A stretch of DNA of 64,000 nt from an uncultured Myxococcales bacterium (GCA_903847385.1 CAINDO010000548.1:9918-73917); one strand, 5' to 3'. Positions 18,348-27,604 are shown, numbered from the stretch's first letter. Program-made: numbers and translations. Notes: generated by a model not told the origin, from the letters alone.

Positions 18348-19424
18348 TCAGATCCGGATGGGCACGCGCCGGGCGCCGAAGTCGCCGGCCGGCCCGTCGA
18401 AGACGCCGGCGAGCCGGGCCCCGCAGCCGCGACAGTGGCCCGTGTCGTCCAGGTCGTAGGCGAGCATCCGGTAGGCATCGCGCACGATGACCGCCGCGCC
18501 GCACGCCGCGCAGTGCGTGGTGTCGCCCGCCACGTCCCGCACGTTGCCCGTGTAGACGTGTTTCAGGCCCACGCCGAGCGCCTGAGCGCGGGCGCGCCGC
18601 AGCGTCACGGGCGGCGTCGGCTCGCGGTCGTGCATCCGGAAGTCCGGGTGGAACGCCGTGAAGTGCAGCGGCACGGTGGGGCCGAGGTGCTCGAACACCC
18701 AGGCGCTCAGGGCCTCGACCTCGGCGGGCGAGTCGTTGAGCCCGGGGATGAGCAGGGTGGTGATCTCGGTCCAGACCTGCGTCTCGCGCACCAGGTACTC
18801 GAGCGTCTCGAGCACGGTGTCCAGGTCGCCGCCACACACATCGCGGTAGAAGGCCGGGGTGAACCCCTTGAGATCGATGTTGGCGGCGTCCATGCCGGCG
18901 AAGAATTCGCGGCGCGCCTCGGCCCGCACGTAGCCGGCGGACACGGCGACGGAGCGGACGCCCGCCTCGCGGCAGGCGGCGGCGACGTCCAGCGCGTACT
19001 CGGCGAAGATGACCGGGTCGTTGTAGGTGTAAGCCACGCTGCGAGCGCCGCTGCGCACGGCGGCGTCCGCGATGGCCTCGGGCGTGGCCACGGCCTGCAG
19101 GCGGTCCATCTCGCGCGACTTGGAGATGTCCCAGTTCTGGCAGAAGCGGCAGGTCAGGTTGCAGCCCGCGGTGCCGAACGACAGCACGCTCGACCCGGGG
19201 AGGAAGTGGTTGAGCGGCTTCTTTTCGATGGGGTCCAGGCAGAAGCCCGACGAGCGGCCCCAGGTGGTCAGGACCATCTCGCCGCCCTGATTCTGGCGCA
19301 CGAAACACAGCCCGCGCTGGCCGTCCGCGAGCCGGCAGTCGCGCGGGCAAAGGTCGCACTGGATGCGCGCGTCCGGCAGGGGATGCCAGAAGCGGCCGCG
19401 CGCGGGGTCCGGGACGGCGGTCAC
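18348..19424 (-). CDS. amrS: AmmeMemoRadiSam system radical SAM enzyme
   Basis: ORF 18348..19826 trimmed to the GTG at 19424, which overlaps the upstream stop (GTGA). The radical SAM motif CNLTCRFCQNW is present, and there is a C-terminal Cys cluster (HCAACG..HCRGCG). Confidence 0.9.
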   Translation of the reverse strand: MTAVPDPARGRFWHPLPDARIQCDLCPRDCRLADGQRGLCFVRQNQGGEMVLTTWGRSSGFCLDPIEKKPLNHFLPGSSVLSFGTAGCNLTCRFCQNWDISKSREMDRLQAVATPEAIADAAVRSGARSVAYTYNDPVIFAEYALDVAAACREAGVRSVAVSAGYVRAEARREFFAGMDAANIDLKGFTPAFYRDVCGGDLDTVLETLEYLVRETQVWTEITTLLIPGLNDSPAEVEALSAWVFEHLGPTVPLHFTAFHPDFRMHDREPTPPVTLRRARAQALGVGLKHVYTGNVRDVAGDTTHCAACGAAVIVRDAYRMLAYDLDDTGHCRGCGARLAGVFDGPAGDFGARRVPIRI

Positions 19425-20005
19425 GGAGCCCCGGGCGGCGGGTCGACGAAGGCCTGCACCGTGTAGCGGTCGATCTTCACGTCCGGCGCCCAGAAGTCCA
19501 CGCGCAGGCCCGCCTTGCGCTTCAGGTGGTTCAGGAAGTCCTCGGGCTCGGGGAGCTGCTCCCAGACCTGAGGCAGGAACGTGCCGCGGTGGCCGCCCCA
19601 CTCCAGGATCAGGCCGTCCACGCCGGGGCGCAGCGTCGAGAGCAGGTCCGCCTGCGTGTCGAAGTCCACGGGGGTCGGGGGCGACAGCACGGAGACCTCG
19701 ACCTCCAGCGCGCGCAGACCCGCCGCATCCAGCGACGGCGCGCGGGGATCCTCGAAGGCGGCGGCGAGCGCGTTGCGCTTCACGTCGTCCAGCAGCGGGC
19801 GCCAGGCCGTCAGCGACCCGATGCAACCGTGCAGGGCCTCGCCCCGATGGAGCGAGACGAAGGTGGCGCCGATGCGCTCCACGCCCGGCAGACGTGGCCG
19901 CTCGGCGGGCGTCGCGGCGCCGAGCGCCTCGGCGATGCAGGCGCGGGCGAATCGGGGCAGGCTGGCGCCGAGGGCGGCGTCCAGCGTCCAGGCGGGTTGA
20001 GTCAT
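19421..20005 (-). CDS. amrA: AmmeMemoRadiSam system protein A (AMMECR1 domain)
   Basis: ORF 19421..20350 trimmed to the ATG at 20005 (ATGA overlap). AMMECR1 pattern: GATFVSLHRGEALHGCIGS..LEVEVSVLSPP..GHRGTFLPQVW. Confidence 0.9.
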   Translation of the reverse strand: MTQPAWTLDAALGASLPRFARACIAEALGAATPAERPRLPGVERIGATFVSLHRGEALHGCIGSLTAWRPLLDDVKRNALAAAFEDPRAPSLDAAGLRALEVEVSVLSPPTPVDFDTQADLLSTLRPGVDGLILEWGGHRGTFLPQVWEQLPEPEDFLNHLKRKAGLRVDFWAPDVKIDRYTVQAFVDPPPGAP

Positions 20006-20820
20006 GGGGGCGAGGGCTCCGTCCAGAGTCCGAAGGCGCCGTACCCGACGACCTCGCGCCGGCTGCCGGCGGTGTCGCCGGAGTTGCGCAGGTCCAGGCA
20101 GGTCAGGGGCCAGCCGCGGCCGGCGATGTGGGTGAGCAGCCCGTTCAGGGCGGCCGCGCCACAGGCCTGTTCGCCCGAGAGCACCGGCGGCCCCTGGGCG
20201 ACGAGATGCGCCGCCGTGTCGGCGTCGAGCGCGCGGGCGTCGGCGTAGGGGTGGAAGTGAGAGAGGTCCGTGCTCACGAGCACCAGGGTCTCGGGGCCGC
20301 CCCACAGATGAGCGAGGGCATCGGCCACCTGCTCGGGCGGCGCCTCGCACACGAGCAGCGGGACCACGCCGGCCTCGGGCAGCAGCGTACGCAAGAACGG
20401 GAGCTGCACCTCGAGCGCGTGCTCGGGGCCGTGCGCCCGGCGGCCGTCGGCGCGCCCCGGCAGGTCCGCGAGCGCCGCCCGGTCGACCCGGACCGCGCCC
20501 AGGGGCGTCTCCAGGAAGTCGACCCCCGGCTCGGCGAGGCCTCTACACCACACGCGATGTGCCGGGCCGAGGAGCACCACGCGGGTGATGGGGGGCCCGG
20601 TCTCGAGCGTGCGGGCGAGGAGCGCGTAAGCCGTGGCCGCGATGGCGCCGGAGTATGCGTAGCCGGCGTGGGGCACGACGAGCGCCTTCGGCCGACCGCG
20701 GGCGAGGTCCGCCGCGTCGGGGCGCGCATCGGTCAGGAGCGCCCCGAGCTTCGAGCGCAGGGCGTCGGGCTCGGCGGGGTAGAAGAGCCCGGCGACCGCC
20801 ATGGGGCGAAGGTCGGTCAC
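20002..20820 (-). CDS. amrB: AmmeMemoRadiSam system protein B (Memo-like)
   Basis: 272-aa ORF with the Memo pattern AGLFYP, VVPHAGYAYSG, GPEHALEVQLPFL and STDLSHF. Confidence 0.9.
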   Translation of the reverse strand: MTDLRPMAVAGLFYPAEPDALRSKLGALLTDARPDAADLARGRPKALVVPHAGYAYSGAIAATAYALLARTLETGPPITRVVLLGPAHRVWCRGLAEPGVDFLETPLGAVRVDRAALADLPGRADGRRAHGPEHALEVQLPFLRTLLPEAGVVPLLVCEAPPEQVADALAHLWGGPETLVLVSTDLSHFHPYADARALDADTAAHLVAQGPPVLSGEQACGAAALNGLLTHIAGRGWPLTCLDLRNSGDTAGSRREVVGYGAFGLWTEPSPP

Positions 20821-20877
20821 GGCGCAACCATGGTCACGGACACCGCCGCCGCAAGGGGGGGGCGACGCATTGCGGCC

Positions 20878-22584
20878 TCACCAACGGCCGTTTCGCGTGA
20901 TGCGCCACCACAACCGCAACGCCAGGTAGCTGCCCGTCGCCCACGAGATGACCGTCATGCCTGGGGCGCCGAAGATCACGAAGCGCGCGTCGTGGCGGAC
21001 GAGCGTGCCCACCATGAGCAGGGTGCAGGCCAGCGCGCCCAGGATGGCGCGGTTGTTGCGCCGCTCCCTGGCGTCTTCGATCTGGTCGTGGCGCGGGTTG
21101 TCGACGCTGACGGCGATGCGGCCGTCCTCCATGTGCGAGAGGAACTCGTTGGCCTTGTTCGGCAGGGTGCGGCCGAGGCGGGCGAAGGACTGGAGCGCGT
21201 CCGCGGCGGACTTCATCACCCGCTCGGGGCTGTACCGCTGCGCGATGAGCTGCTCCACGTAGGGACGGCACTCGCCGATGAGGTCCAGGTCCGGCGTGAT
21301 GGTCTTGCCGATGCCCTCGACCGTCATGATGGCCTTGAAGAACATCGTGTAGTCGGGGGGGATGCGGACGTCGTGCCGGATGGCGCCCTCGACCAGGTCG
21401 CGCAACAGCGCCCCGAAGTCCACCTCGCCGAGCGTCTTGTGGGCGAAGTACTTCTCGCAGAGCTCGACGGTGTCGGCCTCCCACTGCCCGTAGTTCACGC
21501 GGCCCGTGTGCAGGCTGATGTCGTACAGGCCGCGCGCCACCCCGGCGTAGTCGTGGGTCACGATGGACAGGAGCAGGTCCGCCATCGCGTCCTTCATCAT
21601 GGGCGTCATGCGCCCGACGAGGCCGAAATCGATCAAGCCGATGCGGCCGTCCTCGAGGATGAAGATGTTCCCGGGGTGCAAGTCGCCGTGGAAGAAGCCG
21701 TCCTCGAAGACCATCTTGAAGAGCATGCGCACGCACTCGCGCGCGACGGCGGGCATGTCGTGGCCTGCCGGGCCCCCCGCCGTGATCTTGACCCCGATGA
21801 GGCGCTCCATGACCAGTACGCGGTCCGAGCAGTAGGCCCGGTAGAGCCGGGGGATGTGCACGGAAGGCCAGGACGAGAAGTTCCGGTCGAAGCGGTCGAG
21901 GTGGCTGGCCTCGTGGGTGAAGTCGAGCTCCCGCTTGATGGCCTTCTCGAACTCCCGCGCGATGGCCACGGGCTCGAAGGCCTTGATCTCGGGGATGGTC
22001 TCCTCGAGCTTGCGCGCGACGAAGTGCAGGATGTTCAGGTCGCTCTCGACCGTGTCGCGGATGCCCGGCCGCTGGATCTTGACGACGACCTCCTCGCCGG
22101 TCTCGAGGCGCGCCGTGTGCACCTGGGCGATGCTGGCGCAGGCGAGGGGCTTCTCGGTGAAGTCGGCGAAGATCTCGGCGATGGGGCGGCCGAGCGAGGC
22201 CTCGACGACCCCGCGGGCGACCTCCGAGGGGATGGGCTGCACCTGGTCCTGCAGTTTGGCGAACTCGAGGCAGAGCTCCTGCGGGATGAGGTCGGGGCGC
22301 GTCGACAGGATCTGGCCGAGCTTGACGAAGGTCGGGCCGAGCTCCTGCAGCGCCTCGGAGATGCGCAGGTAGACCGACTTCTTCTCCTGCTCGGGGTCCC
22401 GGCGCGAGACCACGAGGTTGATGAGAAAGCGGTCCTGAAGATCCCAGGCCTCGACGATGTGCCCGAGGCCGTGGCGGGCGAGCACGGCCACGATGCGCTC
22501 GAACCGGGCGAAGTCCTTGATGGCCGTCCGGGCGGCCCGGACGTTGGTGTACACGGCGCGGATCGTCGACATGACGCGGAGCAT
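20878..22584 (-). CDS. ABC1/AarF/UbiB family atypical kinase, C-terminally membrane anchored
   Basis: The ORF 20878..22590 starts at a TTG. The first ATGs are at 22584 and 22572. ABC1 pattern: GPTFVKLGQILSTRPDLIP, ASIAQVH, VVVKIQRPGI, FHGDLHPGNIF, IDFGLVG. A hydrophobic C-terminal segment is present. Confidence 0.9.
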   Translation of the reverse strand: MLRVMSTIRAVYTNVRAARTAIKDFARFERIVAVLARHGLGHIVEAWDLQDRFLINLVVSRRDPEQEKKSVYLRISEALQELGPTFVKLGQILSTRPDLIPQELCLEFAKLQDQVQPIPSEVARGVVEASLGRPIAEIFADFTEKPLACASIAQVHTARLETGEEVVVKIQRPGIRDTVESDLNILHFVARKLEETIPEIKAFEPVAIAREFEKAIKRELDFTHEASHLDRFDRNFSSWPSVHIPRLYRAYCSDRVLVMERLIGVKITAGGPAGHDMPAVARECVRMLFKMVFEDGFFHGDLHPGNIFILEDGRIGLIDFGLVGRMTPMMKDAMADLLLSIVTHDYAGVARGLYDISLHTGRVNYGQWEADTVELCEKYFAHKTLGEVDFGALLRDLVEGAIRHDVRIPPDYTMFFKAIMTVEGIGKTITPDLDLIGECRPYVEQLIAQRYSPERVMKSAADALQSFARLGRTLPNKANEFLSHMEDGRIAVSVDNPRHDQIEDARERRNNRAILGALACTLLMVGTLVRHDARFVIFGAPGMTVISWATGSYLALRLWWRITRNGRW

Positions 22585-22649
22585 ACCCAACCGCTTGAAT
22601 CCCGCATGTCGAATTGGCTAGGGTGCGCCGCTTTTCACGCGGAGGTCTC

Positions 22650-25169
22650 ATGAAGATCCAGCACCTGCTCTATTCGGTCGCGACGGTCTCCCTGCTCGCG
22701 TCGGCTTGTACCGACTCGACGTCCAGCGGTGGGGGCGATGCGGGCCCCGCCGGCCCCGGCAACATCCGCGACGCCATGCCGTCGCTGGGTGGCAACGAGG
22801 TCCCCCTGGGCGGCAACGGCTCGGGCGGCAACGGCTCGGGCGGCAACGGCACCGGCGGCAACGGCACCGGCGGCAACGGTTCGGGCGGCAATGGCTCCGG
22901 CGGGTTCGGCGGCAAGCCGGACGGCGGCGAGCCCGGCACGGGCGGTCAGGTCCAGGGCGGTGAGCCCGGCACCGGCGGTCAGGTCCAGGGCGGTGAGCCC
23001 GGCACCGGCGGTCAGGTCCAGGGCGGTGAGCCCGGCACGGGCGGCACGGGCGGTCAGGCCGGCAGCCCCTGCGACCAGGTGGTCTGCGACTTCGGCGAGA
23101 TCTGCGACGACCGGACCGGCCGCTGCGTGCCCAACGTGCAGGACCCCTGCGCGGACGTGGTCTGCGAAGCGAACGAGCACTGCGAAGAGGGCATCTGCAT
23201 CCCCGATCAGGTCGACCCCGGCCAGGGCATCGCCCACGGCTGCACCGGTCCGGAGGAGTGTCCCGAGGGCTTCTGCCTGGACGAGGTCGCCAACCCCGAC
23301 TTCCCGGGCGGCTTCTGCGTCGTCGAGTGCGGCTCCGACGCCGACTGCGGTGGCGGTCTTTGCGCGCAGGTCGACGTGGACTTCGCCCTGTGTCTGGCCG
23401 CCTGCGGGCGTCCCGAGGACTGTCGCGAAGGCTGGGCCTGCATCGACGACCCGGCCGCGCCGAGCGCCTACTGCGTGCCGGACTGCCGCGTGACGGGCTG
23501 CGGCCCGGGCGGCGTCTGCAACGAGCAGACGGGCGCATGTGACGGCGGCGCGGCGGGCTGTACCGTGGATGCGGACTGCGCCGCCGGCCAGCTCTGCGAC
23601 GCCGCCAACGGCCAGTGCGTCGACGTGGGCGGTGAGTGCCGCCGCAACGCGGACTGCTCGATCGGCGAGATCTGCAACGTCGGCACGGGCATCTGCGAGG
23701 CCGCCGGTTGCACCGTGGACATCGACTGCGCCCGCGACGAGTTCTGCAACCAGCGCACGGGCGTCTGCGAGCTCCTCGTCGAGTGCCAGGTCGACGGCGA
23801 CTGCGGCTTCGGCGAGATCTGCGACGCGGGCGTGTGCACGGCCGACCCCAACCTCTGCCAGGTGGACGCGGACTGCCCCGCCGGCGAGCTCTGCGACTTC
23901 GCCACGGGCCAGTGTGTCGCCGACGGCGGCTTCTGCAGCATCGACGCCGACTGCCCCGCCGGTGAGGTCTGCAACCCCCGCCTGGGCGTCTGCCAGGCCG
24001 AGAACCCGGCGGCCGCCGGCCGCTACGACCCCTGCAACGCGCCCGAGGACTGCGGCGTCGACCTCGTCTGTGTTCAGTTCGCCCCCGGCGAGAACTACTG
24101 CCTCGGCCTCTGCGACGCGTCTGCGGCCATCGACGGCTGCCTGCCCCGCGAGGGCTGCTACGCCCCCGACCAGGCGCTGCCCAACGAGGCGTTCTGCATC
24201 CCCGGCAACGACTGCGCGGCGGGCACGGCCACGGACACCTGCGGCGCGCCGGCCTCGTGTTTCTCCCTCGGTCACGCGACGCTCTGTGTTTCCCCGGGCA
24301 ACGCCGGCGTCGGCGAGCCCTGCGACCCCCTCGACCCCGCCGGTGAGAACTGCCAGGAGAACCTGGTCTGCGAGTTCGGCCTGTGCCGCGAGGCCTGCAA
24401 CGCCAACGGCACCTGCGACGCCGGGCAGTGCATCGACATCAGCGCCCAGGTGGACGACGTGCCCTACAGCTTCTGCGTGGCGACCTGCAACGTGTTCGAC
24501 CAGTCGGGCTGCGGCGCCGGCGAGGCCTGCGCGGTGTCCGGCGTCAACGCCGGCGCGGTGTTCGGCGAGTGCGTCGGCGTGCCGGGCGGCAACCTGGCGG
24601 GCGGCGACGCCTGCACCGAGGATCAGGCCACCTACTGGGGCGACTGCGAGGCCGGCTACCTATGCGGCGCGCTCTTCCAGGGCGACCCGACGAGCTGCAT
24701 CGGCTTCTGCGACGCGACGGACGCCAGCCTCTGTGGCGGGAACTCGGCCTGCCTCCCGGGCCTGTTCGACGCGCCTTACCAGGAGCTCGGCCTCTGCGTC
24801 GGCGATTGCGACGTCTTCGGCGGCGCGGGCTGCGCGCGTGGCACGACCTGCACCTTCAGCGGCCGCTTCGGCCTGACCTCCGGTGGCGTCGAGGGGGCGA
24901 TCGGCTTCTGCGCTCCGGGCAACGGGAGCCTCTCGGTCGGCGACGCCTGCGTGCCGGACCAGAACACCGGCGGCAGCGACTGCGAGGTCGGCAGCATCTG
25001 CATCGACGTCGACGGCAGCGGCGCGACGGTCTGCACGGCGGTCTGCGAGGACGCGGCCGGCAGCCCCAACACCTGCCCGGCCGGCCTGGTCTGTGCGACG
25101 GGTCTCGGCGCCGATCCCATCGGGCTCGGCGGCAGCGAGCGCATCGGTCTCTGCATCGCTGCTCCCTGA
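22650..25169 (+). CDS. Cys-rich repeat lipoprotein (about 839 aa) with a Gly-rich tether, paralog of 14017..16452
   Basis: ORF 22614..25169 trimmed to the ATG at 22650, which has GGAGG 4 nt upstream. This gives MKIQHLLYSVATVSLLASAC (lipobox). The same C-x2-D-x-DC-x2-GE-x-C repeats occur, and the C-terminal module is collinear with the paralog (GDACTEDQATYWGDCEAGYLCG versus GDDCRPSDQTYWGDCNAANLCG). Confidence 0.85.
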   Translation: MKIQHLLYSVATVSLLASACTDSTSSGGGDAGPAGPGNIRDAMPSLGGNEVPLGGNGSGGNGSGGNGTGGNGTGGNGSGGNGSGGFGGKPDGGEPGTGGQVQGGEPGTGGQVQGGEPGTGGQVQGGEPGTGGTGGQAGSPCDQVVCDFGEICDDRTGRCVPNVQDPCADVVCEANEHCEEGICIPDQVDPGQGIAHGCTGPEECPEGFCLDEVANPDFPGGFCVVECGSDADCGGGLCAQVDVDFALCLAACGRPEDCREGWACIDDPAAPSAYCVPDCRVTGCGPGGVCNEQTGACDGGAAGCTVDADCAAGQLCDAANGQCVDVGGECRRNADCSIGEICNVGTGICEAAGCTVDIDCARDEFCNQRTGVCELLVECQVDGDCGFGEICDAGVCTADPNLCQVDADCPAGELCDFATGQCVADGGFCSIDADCPAGEVCNPRLGVCQAENPAAAGRYDPCNAPEDCGVDLVCVQFAPGENYCLGLCDASAAIDGCLPREGCYAPDQALPNEAFCIPGNDCAAGTATDTCGAPASCFSLGHATLCVSPGNAGVGEPCDPLDPAGENCQENLVCEFGLCREACNANGTCDAGQCIDISAQVDDVPYSFCVATCNVFDQSGCGAGEACAVSGVNAGAVFGECVGVPGGNLAGGDACTEDQATYWGDCEAGYLCGALFQGDPTSCIGFCDATDASLCGGNSACLPGLFDAPYQELGLCVGDCDVFGGAGCARGTTCTFSGRFGLTSGGVEGAIGFCAPGNGSLSVGDACVPDQNTGGSDCEVGSICIDVDGSGATVCTAVCEDAAGSPNTCPAGLVCATGLGADPIGLGGSERIGLCIAAP
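22809..22898 (+). repeat. In-frame tandem repeat: six copies of a 15-nt unit (ggcggcaacggcwcs, encoding GGNGS/T)
   Basis: Units counted directly at 22809, 22824, 22839, 22854, 22869 and 22884. They differ only at wobble or neighbouring positions. Confidence 0.95.
22923..23045 (+). repeat. In-frame tandem repeat: about 3.7 copies of a 33-nt unit (encoding GGEPGTGGQVQ)
   Basis: Units start at 22923, 22956 and 22989, with a partial unit at 23022. Units 2 and 3 are identical. Confidence 0.95.
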
Positions 25170-26017
25170 TGGGCATGCCACCCCTCTTCTGGGGTCTCCT
25201 GGTCTCGCCGCTGTGGGGGGCCATGTTCTTCCTGTCCGGGACCCTCCTGGCCGCGCTCGGCGTGCCATGGGGGCACCTGGTCGAGGCGTTCGCCATGATC
25301 GCCGCGACGCTCATCGTCGGGCGCATCGACGCGCGCATGCGTCGCCCGGGCGTGCCGGAGGTCGGCGTGGGCCGGCCCGCGGCGGCGTGGGTCGTGGCCG
25401 CGCTCCTGGCCGGCATCGGCGCGGCCATCCTGGGCAGTGAGATCGACAACATCGTGCGGGACCGCGTGCCGCTGGTCACCGCGGCCGTGAGCCCCCAGGC
25501 GACGGCGCCGGGGCCGACGCTCTCGCCCGGTCCCGCCTGGACGATGGGTGTGTCGTACGGGTTGGTGGCGCCCGTGTGCCTGGCCTTTCTGGGGCTCGGC
25601 ATCACGATGCGGAATCTGTGGACGAGCATGCCGGGCTGGGCCGCCCTGACCATCGGCGCCCTGGCGACCGCGTGGTCGCGCCACGAGCACCCGGCCTACT
25701 GGCTGCCCTGGATGCTCGGGCCGATGATCGGTGGTTGGGCCTACGCCCGCACGCACTCCATCTGGCTCGCCGTGGCGGCGATGGTGCCCCAGCACGCGGT
25801 CGTCTGGCTGACCGTCCTGTCCGTCGCACCGGGCATTCCCGGCTTCGATACCCCGCCGGGGCACGTCGTCGAGTTCCAGCCCCTCTGGTTCGATGCCATC
25901 GGTGTGTTCTGTCTCGCCGGTGGCGTCTTCTGGATGATCGAGGCCTTCGGCGCCGGTGTGCCCGAGGGTGGGGGACTCCCGCCCCGCGCCCCGCGCCCCG
26001 GCCCCGGCCCGGACTGA
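25169..26017 (+). CDS. Polytopic membrane protein, function unknown
   Basis: This is the in-frame tail of ORF 24383..26017. The ATG at 25169 shares 1 nt with the upstream stop (TGATG). It gives MGMPPLFWGLLVSPLWGAMFFLSGTLLAALGV... with about 7 hydrophobic segments and a Pro/Gly-rich tail. Confidence 0.65.
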   Translation: MGMPPLFWGLLVSPLWGAMFFLSGTLLAALGVPWGHLVEAFAMIAATLIVGRIDARMRRPGVPEVGVGRPAAAWVVAALLAGIGAAILGSEIDNIVRDRVPLVTAAVSPQATAPGPTLSPGPAWTMGVSYGLVAPVCLAFLGLGITMRNLWTSMPGWAALTIGALATAWSRHEHPAYWLPWMLGPMIGGWAYARTHSIWLAVAAMVPQHAVVWLTVLSVAPGIPGFDTPPGHVVEFQPLWFDAIGVFCLAGGVFWMIEAFGAGVPEGGGLPPRAPRPGPGPD

Positions 26018-26024
26018 GCGCGCC

Positions 26025-27599
26025 GTGAGCCGACGCGGTCTGGGGTTCGCGGCGACGCTGTATGGGGTGAGCATCCTGCTCTCCCGCGTGATCGGGCTCG
26101 TCCGCGAGTCGGTCATCGGCCGCACGCTCGGCAACGGCGGCGAGGCGGACGTCTACTGGACGGCCTTCGTCATCCCGGACTTCCTGAACTACCTGCTGGC
26201 CGGCGGCGCGCTGTCCCTGGTGTTCATCCCGCTGTTCCACGGGCACCTGTCCCGGAACGACGAGGCGGCCGGCTGGCGGGCGTTCTCGCAGATCGCCAAT
26301 TTTCTCGGGCTTTTGCTCGGCGTGGCGACGCTCGCCCTGTGGTGGGCGGCGCCGCTCCTGGCGCCCCGCATCGCCCCGGGTATGGACGCCGCCCAGCACG
26401 CGCAACTGACCCACCTGGTCCGGATCATCCTGCCGGCCCAGATCTTCCACGTGCTCGGGGGGCTGCTCTCGGCGACGCTGCAGGCGCGGGAGCGGCACGT
26501 GATGCCTGCCCTGGCGCCGCTGCTGTACACCGGCGGCATCGTGGTGTTCGGCGTCCTGCTCGGGCCGTCGATGGGCGCCGAGGGGTTCGCCTGGGGTGTC
26601 CTCGCCGGGTCGTTCCTGGGGCCGTTCCTCATGCCGCTCATCGCCTGCGTGCAGGGCGGCTTGCGCTGGTCGCCCGTGCTCTCCTGGCGAGACGCCGACC
26701 TGCGTACCTACCTGTGGCGCTCGCTGCCGGTCATGCTCGGCGTCTCCGTGGTGGTGTTCGACGACTTCCTGTTGCGGTACTTCGGTTCGCTGGTCGAGCC
26801 GGGCACGATCTCGCGGCTGACCTATGCCAAGACGCTCATGCGCGTGCCGATGGGCGTCTTCGGCCTGGCCGCCGGCATGGCGACCTACCCCGTGCTCGCC
26901 CGCCTGTACGCAGAGGGGCGCCCCGCCGAGGCCCGTGAGACCCTGGTCCGAGCGCTCCGCACCACGCTGGTGCTGGCCATCGCGGCGCAGGCGGCCCTGA
27001 CCGTGTCGGCGCCCCAGATCGCCCTGGTCATCTGGGGTCAGGCGCGCTTCACGCCGGACCAGCTCGCCGAGATCGGCGCGCTCACGGGGTGGGTTTGTCT
27101 CGGGCTCTGGGCCTGGTCGACGCAGGGCCTCGTGTCACGCGGCTTCTACGCGCGCGGCGACACCTGGACACCGACGCTCATCGGCTCGGCCGTCACGATC
27201 GCTTTCGTGCCGCTGTACTGGTGGCTGGGCCGCGACTACGGCGGCGTCGGGCTGGCGGTGGCCTCGTCCGTGGCCATCTCGGCCAACGCCATCGCGCTCG
27301 CGTGGCGGGTGCATCGCGGCGCGCCGCCCGCGACGGGTCCCGGTCTGGTGGACGCCTGCCTGCGCCTTGGCCTCGCCGGGGCCGCTGGCGTGGCGGCGAC
27401 CTTCTGGCTGCCCGGGGCCCTGGCGGGGCCGCTCGACGCGCTGCCGCCGACGCTCCTGGCGCTGCTCACCGGCGGGCTCGCCGGCAGCCTGGCCATCGGG
27501 GTCACGCTGGCCGTGGCGCTCGCGCTCCGGGTGCCCGAGGTGCGGGTCCTGGGGGCGCGCGTGCTCGGTCGATTCCGCCGGCGGCGCGCCCACGCCTGA
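26025..27599 (+). CDS. murJ: Lipid II flippase MurJ (MviN family)
   Basis: ORF 25956..27599 trimmed to the GTG at 26025 (VSRRGLGFAATLYGVSILLSRVIGLVRESVIGRTLG). Typical MurJ N-terminus, DVYWTAFVIPDFL, and many TM segments. Confidence 0.85.
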   Translation: MSRRGLGFAATLYGVSILLSRVIGLVRESVIGRTLGNGGEADVYWTAFVIPDFLNYLLAGGALSLVFIPLFHGHLSRNDEAAGWRAFSQIANFLGLLLGVATLALWWAAPLLAPRIAPGMDAAQHAQLTHLVRIILPAQIFHVLGGLLSATLQARERHVMPALAPLLYTGGIVVFGVLLGPSMGAEGFAWGVLAGSFLGPFLMPLIACVQGGLRWSPVLSWRDADLRTYLWRSLPVMLGVSVVVFDDFLLRYFGSLVEPGTISRLTYAKTLMRVPMGVFGLAAGMATYPVLARLYAEGRPAEARETLVRALRTTLVLAIAAQAALTVSAPQIALVIWGQARFTPDQLAEIGALTGWVCLGLWAWSTQGLVSRGFYARGDTWTPTLIGSAVTIAFVPLYWWLGRDYGGVGLAVASSVAISANAIALAWRVHRGAPPATGPGLVDACLRLGLAGAAGVAATFWLPGALAGPLDALPPTLLALLTGGLAGSLAIGVTLAVALALRVPEVRVLGARVLGRFRRRRAHA

Positions 27600-27604
27600 G
27601 GCGC

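Noticed and set aside
20821-20877. Hairpin CCGCAA-N15-TTGCGG between the ABC1 kinase gene and the Memo-like gene as a terminator
   Set aside because: It has only a 6-bp stem with a 15-nt G-rich loop and no U-tract. That is too weak to call.
22809-23045. Regularly spaced short repeats, considered as a possible CRISPR array
   Set aside because: The units are directly tandem with no spacers. They are in frame inside a lipoprotein gene and encode Gly-rich peptide repeats. No cas genes are present in the window.
25169-26017. The membrane protein downstream of the Cys-rich lipoprotein, considered as a CPBP-type (myxosortase-like) intramembrane protease
   Set aside because: I could not find the EExxxR, FxxxH or HxxxN motif set with correct spacing; only SEIDNIVR and two closely spaced His residues are present. 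In addition, no protein in the window ends in a MYXO-CTERM-like tail. It is left as an unknown membrane protein.
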